A stretch of 64,000 nt of DNA from Octopus bimaculoides (GCF_001194135.2 NC_068981.1:194666937-194730936), one strand, 5' to 3'. Shown: positions 51,201 to 62,567, counted from the stretch's first letter. Notes: a model not told the origin generated them from the sequence alone. Numbers and translations are program-made.

Positions 51201-54200
51201 TATAATTAATTAATAATTTACTGTTGATTTCGAATTTGCAAAAACGGATAAAAAAACTTAACATTTGGCTCAAAATTGAAATCACAAGATTAGGAAATAG
51301 CAAAAAACATTTATTTATTATCATCCATGTTTAATCCTTTAGCATTTAACCCTTTTGTTACTGTATTTCTGTTGAGATGTTCTGTATTTCTTTTAATTAC
51401 TTTAAGCATAACAAAGGATTTAGTAAAATAACTTAGTTATCATTAAGCTAGTGTTTCTGTACTATAGAACCAGAGGTGGTTTCAGCCGGGTTGGTATCAA
51501 AAGAGTTAAATTAATCATTTGTTAACCCTTTCATTTCCATATTTCTGTTGAGATGCTCTGTTTCTTTCAATTAATTTTGAGATACTCTGTGTTTCTTTCA
51601 GTTAATCTTAAATATAACAAAGAATTTAGTAAAATAACTTAGTTATCATTAAGCTAGTGTTAGGAACATAAATTGGGACTAAGGTTTGGTGGAAGATTTT
51701 AATTCAAAACTTACCAAAGTCTTCCAGAAGCAATGTGAAGAGACCTACAAAGAAATAAAGAATGGTAAATAAATAACAGAGAAATGGTAAAGTTAATAAT
51801 TTGACTTTAGATTTATTGTTCTATACAGGGGAAAACATAAACTGCTGTTGTTGAGGACATATCAGCACCCTCCTCCTCCTCATTGTTGTAATAGAGTGCC
51901 TTCCAATGCTTTGCTCTGGGTATCGGCTACCAGATGCTATCAGACAGTAGATTTCTCCTTTTACTTGATATACATGTGGAAAAATACATAAATATCCATA
52001 GAATATAAACAAACAAATTTTAATATGAGAAGATGGATTGAACAGGCTTTATTACAAATCACTACAATTGTTTCAATGCATCATTATCAGGTGTTAATTG
52101 CTGAATGTTGCATGTATTATTATATGCAATATTGTATTAATATGATTCAACAACAGCTGTATGCATGTGCCTTATCTTTAGTTTCTCCATATTCTATATC
52201 AAAGAAAAGCATCCAGCTGTAGGAACCATGCCAAAACAGACAAATGGAGCCAGCGGAGCCTGGAGATTATGATTCTGAAAAAAAATTTTTGTCAAATTTT
52301 TTTTTTCAAAATATGTGGAAAAATACAGATTATGATTTGGAAAAAAATTTCAAAACATTTCTGTAGTTACGGTTAGGGTTTTAGGGTTAGGGTTGGGGAA
52401 AAAAGTAAAAATTGAAGAATTTGGGGAGGGGGGAAAATTTAACAATGCCAATTTTTGGCAAATTTTCCGAACCTCCGTATCTAAAAACAGGGGTTCTGGG
52501 CAAAAAATTTTTTTTAAATAAACAAATTTGGGAGAAAATGGTGGTGGTGGTGGGAGGAATGGAAGTCTTTCCGTCCATAAATGACCTTTACAATTTGAAG
52601 AATTCAGAAAACAATGAAAAACAAGGACAACTCAGTAGAGTTTATAGGAAAACAGAGAAAGAAAAAAATAAAGTTTTATTAGGAATATGAGAACACTTCC
52701 ACCTGGGCTCAATTGATTGCACACACAACATCTAGACAATGCAATACAATAAATTGTGGAAGTTGTAAAGATAATTTATGGACACTCTATATATATGTGG
52801 TGAGACAACTCCAAACATGTTTCGGTTGTATTCTCACCTTATCAGTAAAGTATATAATCATCATTTAATGTCCATTTTCCATGCTACCATAAATTGGACA
52901 GTTTGACACGATCCAGCAAGCAGCATTAAGATACAATGTCAGTTTTGGCATGGTTTCTAAGGCTGGATGAACTTTGTAGAGTGTGCTGGGTGCTTTTCTT
53001 GTGTCACTGGTATTAATGAGGTTGCCTAGTGATTTGGTTGACAGCAAAAGAAGAAGAAACGGAGGGAAAAGCCTCCTTGACTATATGTGGGTGGGTTAAA
53101 GTTTGAGAGAGGGACAGGCATGGGTGTCTTATTTCAGTATGGGACTGCCCCATCCCATCCCAGTATAAGATGGGGGTGGGGTGAGGCAGTCTGGTATGAC
53201 TGTCATCGACCACGCTCAAATGGTGCATTGTATTTGCAACTGGCATGGTGTAGGGAACAAATAATGTAAACATGTATACCTACCTACCTACCTACCTGCA
53301 TGCACACACACACAAGGGTTTCACCAAAAGAAATACAAGTAGGCATAACTTTTTGTTTTATATTTCTTTTACACAAGTCGTTCAAACGGCACAAGTTGGT
53401 AGAATAAACTCTTTCTCTGTACGAAGGTACAACTCAGCTTAGTCTCCATCGCTGAACTCAACTCTCAAGTCGTCTTTGAAAAAAAATTCAGATATGCACA
53501 GTTGAGTCCTGATTGAACAAACCTATGCTCAAAGGCGCTCCAGTTACGATCCCCACGCCCTGTTTAATTCCATATCAACCCTGAATGAGAACAGACTTAT
53601 GAACAGTCACATTCCAGCAGTAACTATCTCATCATTTTGTACATCGAGAACTACATTGTTTAATGCATACCTGTTCGTTTAAAGACGACAGGGAGTGACT
53701 TGAGGGAGATTTGGCTGCTATTTCTGATAAGCTCAGTGACCATGTAAAAATGTTCCTTATTGGTTGACGAAGAACCAAGTTTAGTGTAGAGAAGGTGGTA
53801 GCGATGATGTTAGGAGACTAATAATGGTGCGGTGTTGGTAGCCAAATAATGATACTGTGATGGTAAGTAAAGATGATAATGATGTTGTAATGATTGCGTA
53901 CATAAGGCGGGAAATGATGTTGATTTTATTGTGGTAGTTAATAAAGTGGACGATGCGGTAGTCGTTCCTTACTCGAATGAAAGACGACAGACACTGTAAC
54001 AACGTAATATTGTCAGTACGAACAACAACAACATTATCGTATCATTAATCTTATCTTTAAATGAGATGAAATTTATCTTTTTTAATATTTACGTCTGCGA
54101 AGGACAATACATTTGGCAGAATCGCAGACAACATTTCTGGCGGTATTTAGTTACAACTGTTTACGTCCCGTGGTCAGTTTTGCTGTTCAATCCCGTTATT

Positions 54201-54604
54201 TAAAACAAAATACCTGTTAGGTACCGCGGTTAATACAATCGATCATACCCACAGTTCTAAATGGATCGCCTAATCATTATATAAGAAAACAATATTTACA
54301 TCTACACGACGTTTCGATCTGTTATAATTTATTTAGAAATAAAAGGGTCCTAGTTCGAATCCAGTTTGGTATTACTCACGCACACACACAAAGGAATAAT
54401 GACAAAATATAGTCTTGATGTAAATATTAAAAAGAAGAAAACGTTTCATTTCTAAAGATGAAGCAAATTAATTAGAAATTATATTAACACCAATTCATCT
54501 CAGCCGTTGACTCAGTCGTAATTTACAAACTAATATAGAAGATAAATAATAATAAAATATAACAAACCAGGGTCACTTTCTAACTCCAGCCAACCTTTGT
54601 TCAT
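22711..54604 (-). CDS. BAP1: Ubiquitin C-terminal hydrolase BAP1 (calypso orthologue), 12 exons, about 670 aa
   Basis: Starts [24 protein letters not shown]; catalytic Q/C ([13 protein letters not shown]), H (EAFHFVSY) and D (FELDG) present; ULD C-terminus [19 protein letters not shown]...[13 protein letters not shown]. Exon 1-9 sizes 37,30,55,130,120,62,143,79,124 match recalled human exon sizes except exon 4 (one codon shorter). Confidence 0.97.
22900..23390. other. Assembly gap (others: 10047-10291, 27667-27855, 41557-41889, 46564-46706, 60805-60826, 62393-62515)
   Basis: Runs of N; this gap hides the acceptor of the BAP1 last exon. Confidence 1.
23538..23630 (-). CDS. BAP1: BAP1 exon 11 ([31 protein letters not shown])
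   Basis: cacag| ... AAG|gtaaga. Confidence 0.95.
25091..25499. repeat. 16-bp minisatellite, about 25 units (CATGAGGTACTCTGTT variants)
   Basis: Variants CATGAGGTACTCTGTT, CATGTGGTACCCTGTT and CATGAGGCACTTTTTT alternate. Confidence 0.9.
25612..26538 (-). CDS. BAP1: BAP1 exon 10 (927 nt, disordered middle region)
   Basis: tacag| ... AAG|gtaaca, phase 0->0; contains DSHNYAKSP and [16 protein letters not shown]; ends AFTPK. Confidence 0.92.
27358..27659 (+). mobile_element. Probable non-autonomous Helitron (~300 bp)
   Basis: A|TCTTACTATAATT start, (TCTG)n, GCATGAAACTTGG, end CAGCTAG|T; 3' hairpin weak. Confidence 0.5.
28992..29523. mobile_element. Fold-back mariner derivative with ~220 bp inverted arms
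   Basis: TA|CGAGGGTGAG.. and ..CTCACCCTC; encodes [26 protein letters not shown] (YSPDLAPSD motif region). Confidence 0.85.
29780..29950 (-). mobile_element. RTE-type LINE RT C-terminal relic
   Basis: [24 protein letters not shown] resembles the RTE motif RLRWFGHVxR. Confidence 0.55.
30143..30188 (-). ncRNA. Hammerhead motif with core mutation (GAAA->AAAA)
   Basis: Reverse complement ggcac CTGATGA a ggctg..cagcc AAAA cgtt gtgtt. Confidence 0.55.
30403..30448 (+). ncRNA. Minimal type-I hammerhead ribozyme motif, intact core
   Basis: gacac CTGATGA a ggctg gagggtataa cagcc GAAA c gt t gtgtt. Confidence 0.75.
33950..34690 (-). mobile_element. Decayed LINE (RTE-like) RT 3' region
   Basis: [35 protein letters not shown] resembles the FKYLGS motif; stops and frameshifts downstream. 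Confidence 0.6.
36889..37102 (-). mobile_element. Single arm of the family-2 palindromic element
   Basis: High identity to 8638-8790 and 9005-9212; stops before the hammerhead. Confidence 0.75.
37400..37720 (-). mobile_element. Decayed RTE-like LINE relic
   Basis: [12 protein letters not shown]...AFLFRH*..CLWCG resembles RT C-terminal L-x-x-x-W-K...LLYG; in-frame stops. Confidence 0.4.
39612..40400 (-). mobile_element. Internally deleted mariner transposase relic
   Basis: [39 protein letters not shown] (WVPREL and TGDESW equivalents, first Asp lost) joined to C-terminal DRCIASNG; TIR-like GAGGGGTACCCGAAAGAAAC. Confidence 0.85.
40438..40670 (+). mobile_element. tRNA-derived SINE, third family (also 13330-13540 -, 42587-42780 +, 57722-57960 -, 59920-60110 -)
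   Basis: GGCGAGCTGGCA..GAGTTCAAATTC head; GTCGACTTTGCCTTTCATCC; tail GTGGGCAATAAAGAAAT. Confidence 0.8.
41890..42045 (-). mobile_element. RTE-type LINE reverse transcriptase fragment, truncated by gap
   Basis: [46 protein letters not shown]. Confidence 0.9.
42319..42442 (-). CDS. BAP1: BAP1 exon 9 ([18 protein letters not shown]...LQQ)
   Basis: caaag| ... CAG|gtaagt. Confidence 0.95.
43226..43304 (-). CDS. BAP1: BAP1 exon 8 ([22 protein letters not shown])
   Basis: ttcag| ... AGG|gtaaga. Confidence 0.95.
44300..44430 (-). mobile_element. Single arm fragment of the tRNA-head/hammerhead family
   Basis: Contains gacac CTGAAGA a ggctg..cagcc GAAA cat t gtgtt at 44339-44384 (stem III mismatch). 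Confidence 0.7.
44607..44749 (-). CDS. BAP1: BAP1 exon 7 (PEPRHLPEK...[28 protein letters not shown])
   Basis: cttag| ... ATG|gtatgt; catalytic His and Asp. Confidence 0.95.
46092..47011 (+). mobile_element. Non-autonomous Helitron (~920 bp including gap) in BAP1 intron 6
   Basis: A|TCTATAATAATAAATG start; perfect 16-bp hairpin AGCTTAAAAGCCACCC-gata-GGGTGGCTTTTAAGCT ending CTAG|T. Confidence 0.7.
47437..47498 (-). CDS. BAP1: BAP1 exon 6 ([20 protein letters not shown])
   Basis: ctcag| ... CAG|gtaact. Confidence 0.95.
48141..48260 (-). CDS. BAP1: BAP1 exon 5 ([13 protein letters not shown]..., catalytic Cys)
   Basis: tacag| ... GAA|gtaagt. Confidence 0.95.
49652..49781 (-). CDS. BAP1: BAP1 exon 4 ([16 protein letters not shown]...FFAKQ)
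   Basis: tccag| ... CAG|gtaaga. Confidence 0.95.
51132..51186 (-). CDS. BAP1: BAP1 exon 3 ([18 protein letters not shown])
   Basis: cttag| ... AGG|gtacga. Confidence 0.95.
51350..51505. mobile_element. piggyBac-type MITE, internally deleted copy
   Basis: TTAA|CCCTTT start, AAGAG|TTAA end. Confidence 0.75.
51526..51713. mobile_element. piggyBac-type MITE, truncated exactly at the BAP1 exon 2 donor
   Basis: Matches 10626-10846 in reverse up to position +2 of the donor. Confidence 0.8.
51715..51744 (-). CDS. BAP1: BAP1 exon 2 ([10 protein letters not shown])
   Basis: tgtag| ... TTTG|gtaagt. Confidence 0.95.
54568..54604 (-). CDS. BAP1: BAP1 exon 1 ([12 protein letters not shown])
   Basis: ATG at 54604-54602; CCTG|gtttgt. 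Confidence 0.95.
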
Positions 54605-56198
54605 GTTTTTCTTAAGAAAAGACAAACCGTGAAAAGTGGAGCGAGTTAGCCATTGTTTCATACACGGTGTCTATAGAAAATATCCCCATTGATATAGAAT
54701 ACCGGATTACATTTGTACTCTTCTGTATACCTCCGTAGTTTTTTTTTTTTACCAAATTTATGTAAATAATTAAGAAATTATATTTGTTTTATGAATGTAT
54801 GTATATCTGTGCATTAATAATGTACCTTTTCTTATAATATATATCTGTGCTTATAACATATAGTAAGTATAGTTTCTTAATTGTATGTAGTAATTAGCCA
54901 AGAAACAGTGAAAGTGCGATTGGCAATGAAATAATAATGTTAATAAGTTTTGTATTGTAGAAAGTTAAGAGAAAAAAAGTAAGATTTCAAAGTAGGAAAA
55001 TAACAGAAAAATCGCGACTAAATTATTGGCAGACGGCAAAGAATTTTTATGCAAGGGAAATAACTTGTTAAACTTATTGAAGAGTTATCTTCCTTAAATT
55101 CTGCCCCTTTACGCTAAAATGCCAGAGATAAATTTTATTTTTCATTGTCCATGGCGCCCATTATATTGACACTGTATAAATAGCATTTATACAGTAGATT
55201 AATTAACGAGGTATGGTGAGTTCAAATCCATAACAGTCATTTTGTCATTTCTCTGAAACAGACATTTAGTTGTACTGGAGAAATTACGAAATTATCCACA
55301 AATTGTTTGGCGTCTTATCCACGAAAAAGTTTTTCTGTCGTTCAGTTTGTTCAATCGGAACTACAGTTAAGTACTATCCTTGATGACCAGTGTGTGTTAT
55401 TGAACGATTATCGCTGGATAAATCAAACATCAACTTCAGGTGAAATATGCTGTAACACGAAAGATGTATCTTGTAAAACACAACCTTTATAATCACCTAC
55501 TGCCCAAGCTGTAGCAAATCTCTTTTGATTCCTTGCAGAATGAATATCTACCGACTTTACTAGGTCTTTGCTTCTCATCCGTGGTAGTTCTGTAATCTCG
55601 CTGGGAAAGCCTCTACTTTTGTGATCCGATTTATGTCCAACTCTACATTATACACATAAAGTGAATGTCCTTAAAACTATCTCTTCCACTCCATTAAGCC
55701 AAATATGAAAACAACACCTGCCATTTCAAACCAACACGGGGACCATCTCTGATAATGTCCCTCCAGTTACTCTCATAGTGTGCTCCCTATCTTTGCCGAA
55801 TTCATCAAACTATTCATAGGGAACAGGATGACTGCGTGTTTCTTTGCAAAATACAGTCACTATTCATACCAAGAACATAATATTGTATCAGTCCCCGCAT
55901 GATGAACACAGAACTAAATCTCTCAATGTTGATAGAAATTCTACTTTTCTGATGATGTAAAACTTGCCACCATTATATACTAAGAAGATACTCTTTTTTC
56001 ACTCTTTTACTTGTTTCAGTCATTTGACTGTGGCCATGCTGGAGCACCGCCTTTAGTCGAGCAAATCAACCCCAGGACTTATTCTTTGGAAGCCTAGTAC
56101 TTATTCTATCTATCTCTTTTGCCGAACCGCTAAGTTACGGGGGCGTAAACACACCAGCATCGGTTGTCAAGCGATGTTGGGGGACAAACACAGACACA

Positions 56199-56246
<48 letters not shown>

Positions 56247-56694
56247 CATATACATATACATATATACGACGGGCTTCTTTCAGCTTCCGTCTACCAAATC
56301 CACTCACAAGGCTTTGGTCGGCTCGATGCTATAGTAGAAGACACTTGCCCAAGGTGCCACGTAGTGGGACTGAACCCGGAACCATGTGGTTCGTAAGCAA
56401 GCTACTTACCACACAGCCTATATTTTGTCTTTTTTTTATGTGCACGGAAGTCTCATTTTCATAAAATGTTCTCAGCAGCCTATGCTATGTAAATGCAAAT
56501 CCCAACGCTTTATGGTTTAATAATCTTATCAAATTGCAACCCATCCCGTTCACATGGTCACGTTAAGGTGTGTTTAATTATCTCCCTTCTATTTACTGAC
56601 ATGGGAGGTAACTCTTCGTGTTAACCGGAATGAAGGATAAACATTTCCTTTTCACCGTTTCTTAAGAGATCAACATTTGGTGTAACATTGTCCA

Positions 56695-57028
56695 ATGTTA
56701 CCACTAGTATTGAACCCGCGTCACCTTACTAAGTGTGGTAATCATCTCCTGAAAGCCTTATTTCCTCCTCCTCCTCACTACCCGACAAAAGCACGCTTCT
56801 GTAATATAACACAGAGGAGATGGATTCACACGAGAGAAATTGGTGCGTGCCTTTCGTCTTCTCAAGACATCAACATTGGTGCGAACCTTTACCAAACACC
56901 GGACCTTGCTTGTAATTCTTCCTACAGATATCACAGTTCATTCCGTTCTGAACGTAAAGAAGACTTCAGTTCTCTCAAAATGACTCGATTTATGGAAAAT
57001 ATTTTAAACCACGTTATTTACGAAGATG
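56695..57028 (+). CDS. RPUSD-like exon 1
   Basis: ATG 56695; GATG|gtaata, phase 1. Confidence 0.8.
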
Positions 57029-59425
57029 GTAATATATTTACATTTGTCTCCGTTTTGTGTTTACGGTTTATATTTGTGACCCACGTGTGGTTTTGGTACC
57101 TTCTTTGTACCTGTGTCATACAGTCATTTCCTAAAGTGTGTATCTTTTATTTGTTTCAGTCATTGGACTGCGGCCATGCTGTAGCATTGCTTTCAATGGT
57201 TTTAGCCAAACAGATCGACAAGGGATTAAACAGTAACAGCTAAATATTAATAACAGCCACATTAGCACCAGTTGTCTCTATCTACCATGTTCTCTGGAGG
57301 AAAAGACTGTTGATAGCTTTGACCGGTTGCACTACAATGTGGCCGTGACCTTGTCATGTGTTGTCACACTGTCATCACTGCTTGAGAAACCGTTATCACA
57401 CTTTGTTTATGACCTTGACAGACCTTGTAATACTGTGATGGTCACTTTGGCAGATCTTACCTCCCTGTGACCATGAGCTTGATTGGCCCTACCACTGTGG
57501 CTATGACCTTCTTTGAGCTCACCCATCCAACCTTGACCATGTCTAATCCTACCACTCTGATCTTGATCTTGACTGACCATACCAATCTGGTCATCTCCTT
57601 GATAGGCCACACCATACTGTGACCATACACATACCATACTGTGTGTCCATGACCTCTGCAGACCCAAGCAAACTCTGTCCAGCATCGTGGTCAGCCCTAC
57701 CAGACTGTTGCGACTGATGTAGTTTCTTATTTCTTTATTGCCCACAAGGGGCTAAACGTAGAGGAGACAAACAAGGACAGACAAGGGAATAAGTCGATTA
57801 CATCGACCCCAGTGCGTAACTGGTACTTAATTTATCGACCCCCAAAAAGATGAAAGGCAAAGTCGACCTCGGCGGAATTTGAACACAGAACGTAAAGACA
57901 GACGAAATAACGGTAAGCATTTCGCCCAGCATGCTAACGTTTCTGCCAGGTCGCCGCCTTTGATGTAGTTCCTATTTAGTTTTGAACATCTGTAAACCAA
58001 CATTTGTACAAGGAAAATGCATGAGGAACGAGAAACCAAGAAGGTTAGCATTTGAGGGTCACCACCACCACCATCTCCACAAACATCATAGTCATCCTCT
58101 TCTACCATTGTTACCAAGCACCACCACCACCGTCTCTAACCTGTGTTTTCTTCTTCTTCTCATTAGATGATGTCGTTGCCATAAATAAACCCAGTGGAGT
58201 CACAGTTTTTGGTAAGTTGCTATTTATTTATTTCAATATATTTTAGAGAATAAATTATTGAGAATAATTACTCAGGGACCTCCTCCGCCTCATCATCATC
58301 ATCACCACCACCACCACCACCACCACCACCACCATCACCATCACCATCATCATCATTTAACGTCTGGGTGGGACGTTACCACAAGAGCTGACTAGGCCGA
58401 AGCCTGCACCGGGGCTCTGTGACTGTTTTGGCAGGAATTTTACGACTTCCGAACACCAACCACTCAGCAGAGTGGACTTAGTGCTTTTTAAGTGGCCCAA
58501 GCACAAGCGAGGTCAGTTTTGGCAAGGTTTTTACAGCTGGATGCCCTTCCTAACACTGACCACAAAACAAAAAAATAAGCTAGTGTTGATGTATTTCATT
58601 TAAGGGACACTAAAAGGCTAACTTGGCACAGGTGTGGCTGTGTTGTACGTATTCTGTCAGTCTCTTTTGCCAAACCGTTAAGTTACAGGGATGTAAACAC
58701 ACCAACACTGGTTGTTAAGCAGAGGTGGGGGACAAACACTCACACACATATATCATGGGCTTCTCTCAATTTCCGTCTACCAAATCCACTTACATGGCTT
58801 TGGTCGGCCCAGGGTTAAAGTAGAAGACATTTATTGAAGGTGCCACGCAATAGGACTGAACCCGGAGCCATGTGTTTGGGAAGCAAGCTTCTTACCACAC
58901 AACCACTTTTACACCTTACCCCCCTCCCCCATAATATGTGCTGAGAATCACGATGTTCCAGATATGTACTGAAAGTGACCGCGGGTCAAGTGGAAGATGG
59001 TGATGTTGTAGTAAAAGCAAGGAGATTGTGGAGGATTAGGGTTAAATGGTTTGATGGTGGAGGGGCAGACGTTGACCAAGGTCAGTGGTATGAGAAACGG
59101 TGATGTGTGCCACCTGAATAGAACTCCCCAAAGAGCTTTGAGCTTGTGGAATTGTTAATTAAAGAACATAGAAGAGCAGAGATGTATGAAGGTACAAACC
59201 TATCCGACCCATATTACTATACGATGATGATGATAATGATGATGATGACGATGGGGATGATGATTATGGTGGTGGTGGTGCTGCTGCTGATGTCAAAAGT
59301 CATTAAAATTTTGTTTTCATCTCCTTAATTTCTGAAAATCATTTCCATTCAGATATTTTTTCCTGTTTGGGAGAGTGTGATGATATTCTCTGTCTGTCTG
59401 TCTTTCTGCATGTGTGTGTATGTGT

Positions 59426-59462
<37 letters not shown>

Positions 59463-59518
59463 TGTCTGTCTGTCTGTCTCTATCTCTCTCTCTCTCTTTC
59501 TGCATGTGTGTGTACGTG

Positions 59519-59565
<47 letters not shown>

Positions 59566-60487
59566 TTCTCGCTCTCTCTCCCTCTCTCTCCACTTCTCCA
59601 TTGGATTTATCCAAGATTAGGAGGCTGATCTCAACATATCGTTCATCTTATTATTTACAGGTCAGAAAGTCCGTGAACATGAAGATGAGAAAGGTTATTG
59701 CCTCCCGATATTTGCTGATTCGGAACCAGACCCCAATCTTTGTCTGGCTGACATAATGCCACTTCTTAGAAGACATTTCAAATCTCCTGCCCTCACCATT
59801 GTCCACTCAATCAAAATGTAAGCAATAAGGCTTTTTTTTCTTTTTCCTTAATACTTCTTAGAACATTCTATAATTTTTTCTTTCAATCTTCCCATTTTCC
59901 TTGGATATCCCACAATTCCTTATTTCTTTATTGCCCAGAGGGCAATAGAGGGACATAGAGGGGACAAACAAGGACAGACAAAGGGATTAAGTTGATTACA
60001 TCGACCCCAGTGCGTAATTGGTACTTAATTTATCCACCCCGAAAGGATGAAAGGCAAAGTCGACCTCGGCGGAATTTGAACTCAGAACGTAACAGCAGAC
60101 AAAATACCGTGCTAACAATTCTTCCAGCTCCCACAATGCCGATATTTTATGTACCACATCTTATCGAGAACTCTGTCTTTCATCTAGCTAAGATCATTGA
60201 GAGCAATACCAGTGATAATACAGTTCTATATTCAAGAGATGAGGAATTATTTACATTATTTACATTTGACGGATATTTCTCCTCATCTTGTTTGTTGTTA
60301 ACACGTTTCAGTTGAGATACCCTCCAGCCTTCATCAGGTGTCTTGGGGAAATTTTGAACCTGCGTTCTCATTCCTAAGGTATTCTTTGATGTTATTATTA
60401 TTATTATTATGCCCATGGGCATATGGCGTAGTGGTTAAGAGTGTAGGCTACTAACCTCAAGATTCCGAGTTCAATTCCAGGCAGTGA

Positions 60488-60521
<34 letters not shown>

Positions 60522-62347
60522 TAATAATAATAATAATAATAATTAATAATAATAATAATAACGATAAAATCGAAAAATAGCTTAGGAATAAGAACCCAGG
60601 TTCTAATTTCCCCAAGACACCTGAGGAAGGCTGGAGGGTATATCAGGCGAAACATCGTGTTAACAACAAACAAGATGAGGACAAATATCTGTCAAATGTA
60701 AATAAAGTAAATATATACCAGTGATGTTCTGGGGTTCATATTTAATCACCCCACTCTATCATTATCCCACCACACCCTACCATCACCCCACTCCACCTAC
60801 CACCNNNNNNNNNNNNNNNNNNNNNNCAACACCTCACCCCCTACTAACACCTGTAAAGTGACCTCATTTCTCTTGTACCACAAATACTACTGCCCATACT
60901 GCACTCCTCCCACTGCTGTGTCCACTGTTATGGCTCACAGTCGTTTCTGTTTCTCTCCCTCGCTCGCAGGTTCTACAGTGGAGTGTTGTTGCTGGCCAAA
61001 CACAAAACTGGCAAGGACAAAATGATGCAGTCTTTAGACAGAGCCAAGTCTCTGGGCACATTCTACCAGTCTTACTTGTAAGTCACTTTTCGTCATCATC
61101 ATCATCATCGTCATCAGTATTGTCATCATTATTGTCGCCACCAGTGTTGTCATCATCATCATTGTCAATATTGTCACCATTCTCATCGTCATCATCATCG
61201 TCGTCATCATTGTCATCATCATTTTCGTCGTTAGCACTGGTGTTGTTATCATCACTGTCATCATCACTGTCATCATCATCATCGTTGTCGTCAGCATCAT
61301 CATCATCATCATTGGCATCCTCACCATCACCACTGGTGTTGTGATCGTCATCATCGTCATCATCATCACTGTCATCATTATTGTCGTCATCATTGCCATC
61401 GTCGTCGTCATCACCATTGATGTTGTCATCACCATTGATGTTGTCATCACCATTGATGTTGTCATCATCATCACAGTCATCATCATAACATCAAGTGTGT
61501 GTCAATATGTGTATATTTTTATGTAGCCTTGAATGCATGCATGCGTGTATGTGTGTGTGTACTACCACTACTGTTACTACTACTATTACAACCCATTTTT
61601 GTTGTGAATTTTGTGAGAAAATCGCGTGAAATTTCAACATTAAATTAATCATGAAAGATTAATTTAATTTAATTCAGTGTCTTGTCTCTTTTTGCATGAT
61701 TATATTGTTGCCACATAAAAGGCACCCGTGCTGGAACCATGTAAAAAAGCACCCAGTGCACTCTGTAGAGTGGTTGGGATTAGGAAGGGCATCGAGCTGT
61801 AGAAACCATGCCAAAAGAGACGATTGGAATTAGGTGCAGTTCTCTGGCTTGCCAGTGCTTTGTTAAACTGTCCAACTCATGCCAGCATGGAAAAATAGAC
61901 ATTAGATGGTGATGATGATAATGAATTGAAACCGGTCGTATTTTTGTTAAAAATAGACCTTTGGCAATATGCTGTGCTTGAGAAGAAGTCCCATCAAGCC
62001 AAGTGAAATCATAGTGATGGCAGATACCGGTGTCATGCAACTGGCACCTGTGCCAGTGACACATAAAAAGCACCCACTACACTCTCTCAGAGTGGTTGGC
62101 ATTAGGAAGGGCATCCAGCTGTAGAAGCCATGCCAAATCAGACTGGAACTTGGTGCAGCCTTCCAGCATGCCAGCCCTTGTCAAACCACTCAACTCATGC
62201 CAGCATGGACAACAGATGTTAAATGATGATGTTGATAATAATGATGATGACGACGACGATTTTATATGATAAAGTTCTCAAAAAGTTCATGTTTTAAATA
62301 TGAATTTACTTGTGTAAACTGTCATTACTTTTTGCAATATGTATAAA

Positions 62348-62392
<45 letters not shown>

Positions 62393-62515
62393 NNNNNNNN
62401 NNNNNNNNNNNNNNNNNNNNNNNNNNNNNNNNNNNNNNNNNNNNNNNNNNNNNNNNNNNNNNNNNNNNNNNNNNNNNNNNNNNNNNNNNNNNNNNNNNNN
62501 NNNNNNNNNNNNNNN

Positions 62516-62567
<52 letters not shown>

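Noticed and set aside
60424-60488. tRNA-like sequence with a CT-ACT-AA loop
   Set aside because: It has no pairing acceptor stem and is embedded in a dispersed repeat, so it is a SINE head rather than a tRNA gene.
61034-61526. Met/Thr-, Ser-, His- or Asp-rich ORFs (also 22271-22787, 59317-59756)
   Set aside because: These are translations of trinucleotide and dinucleotide microsatellites.
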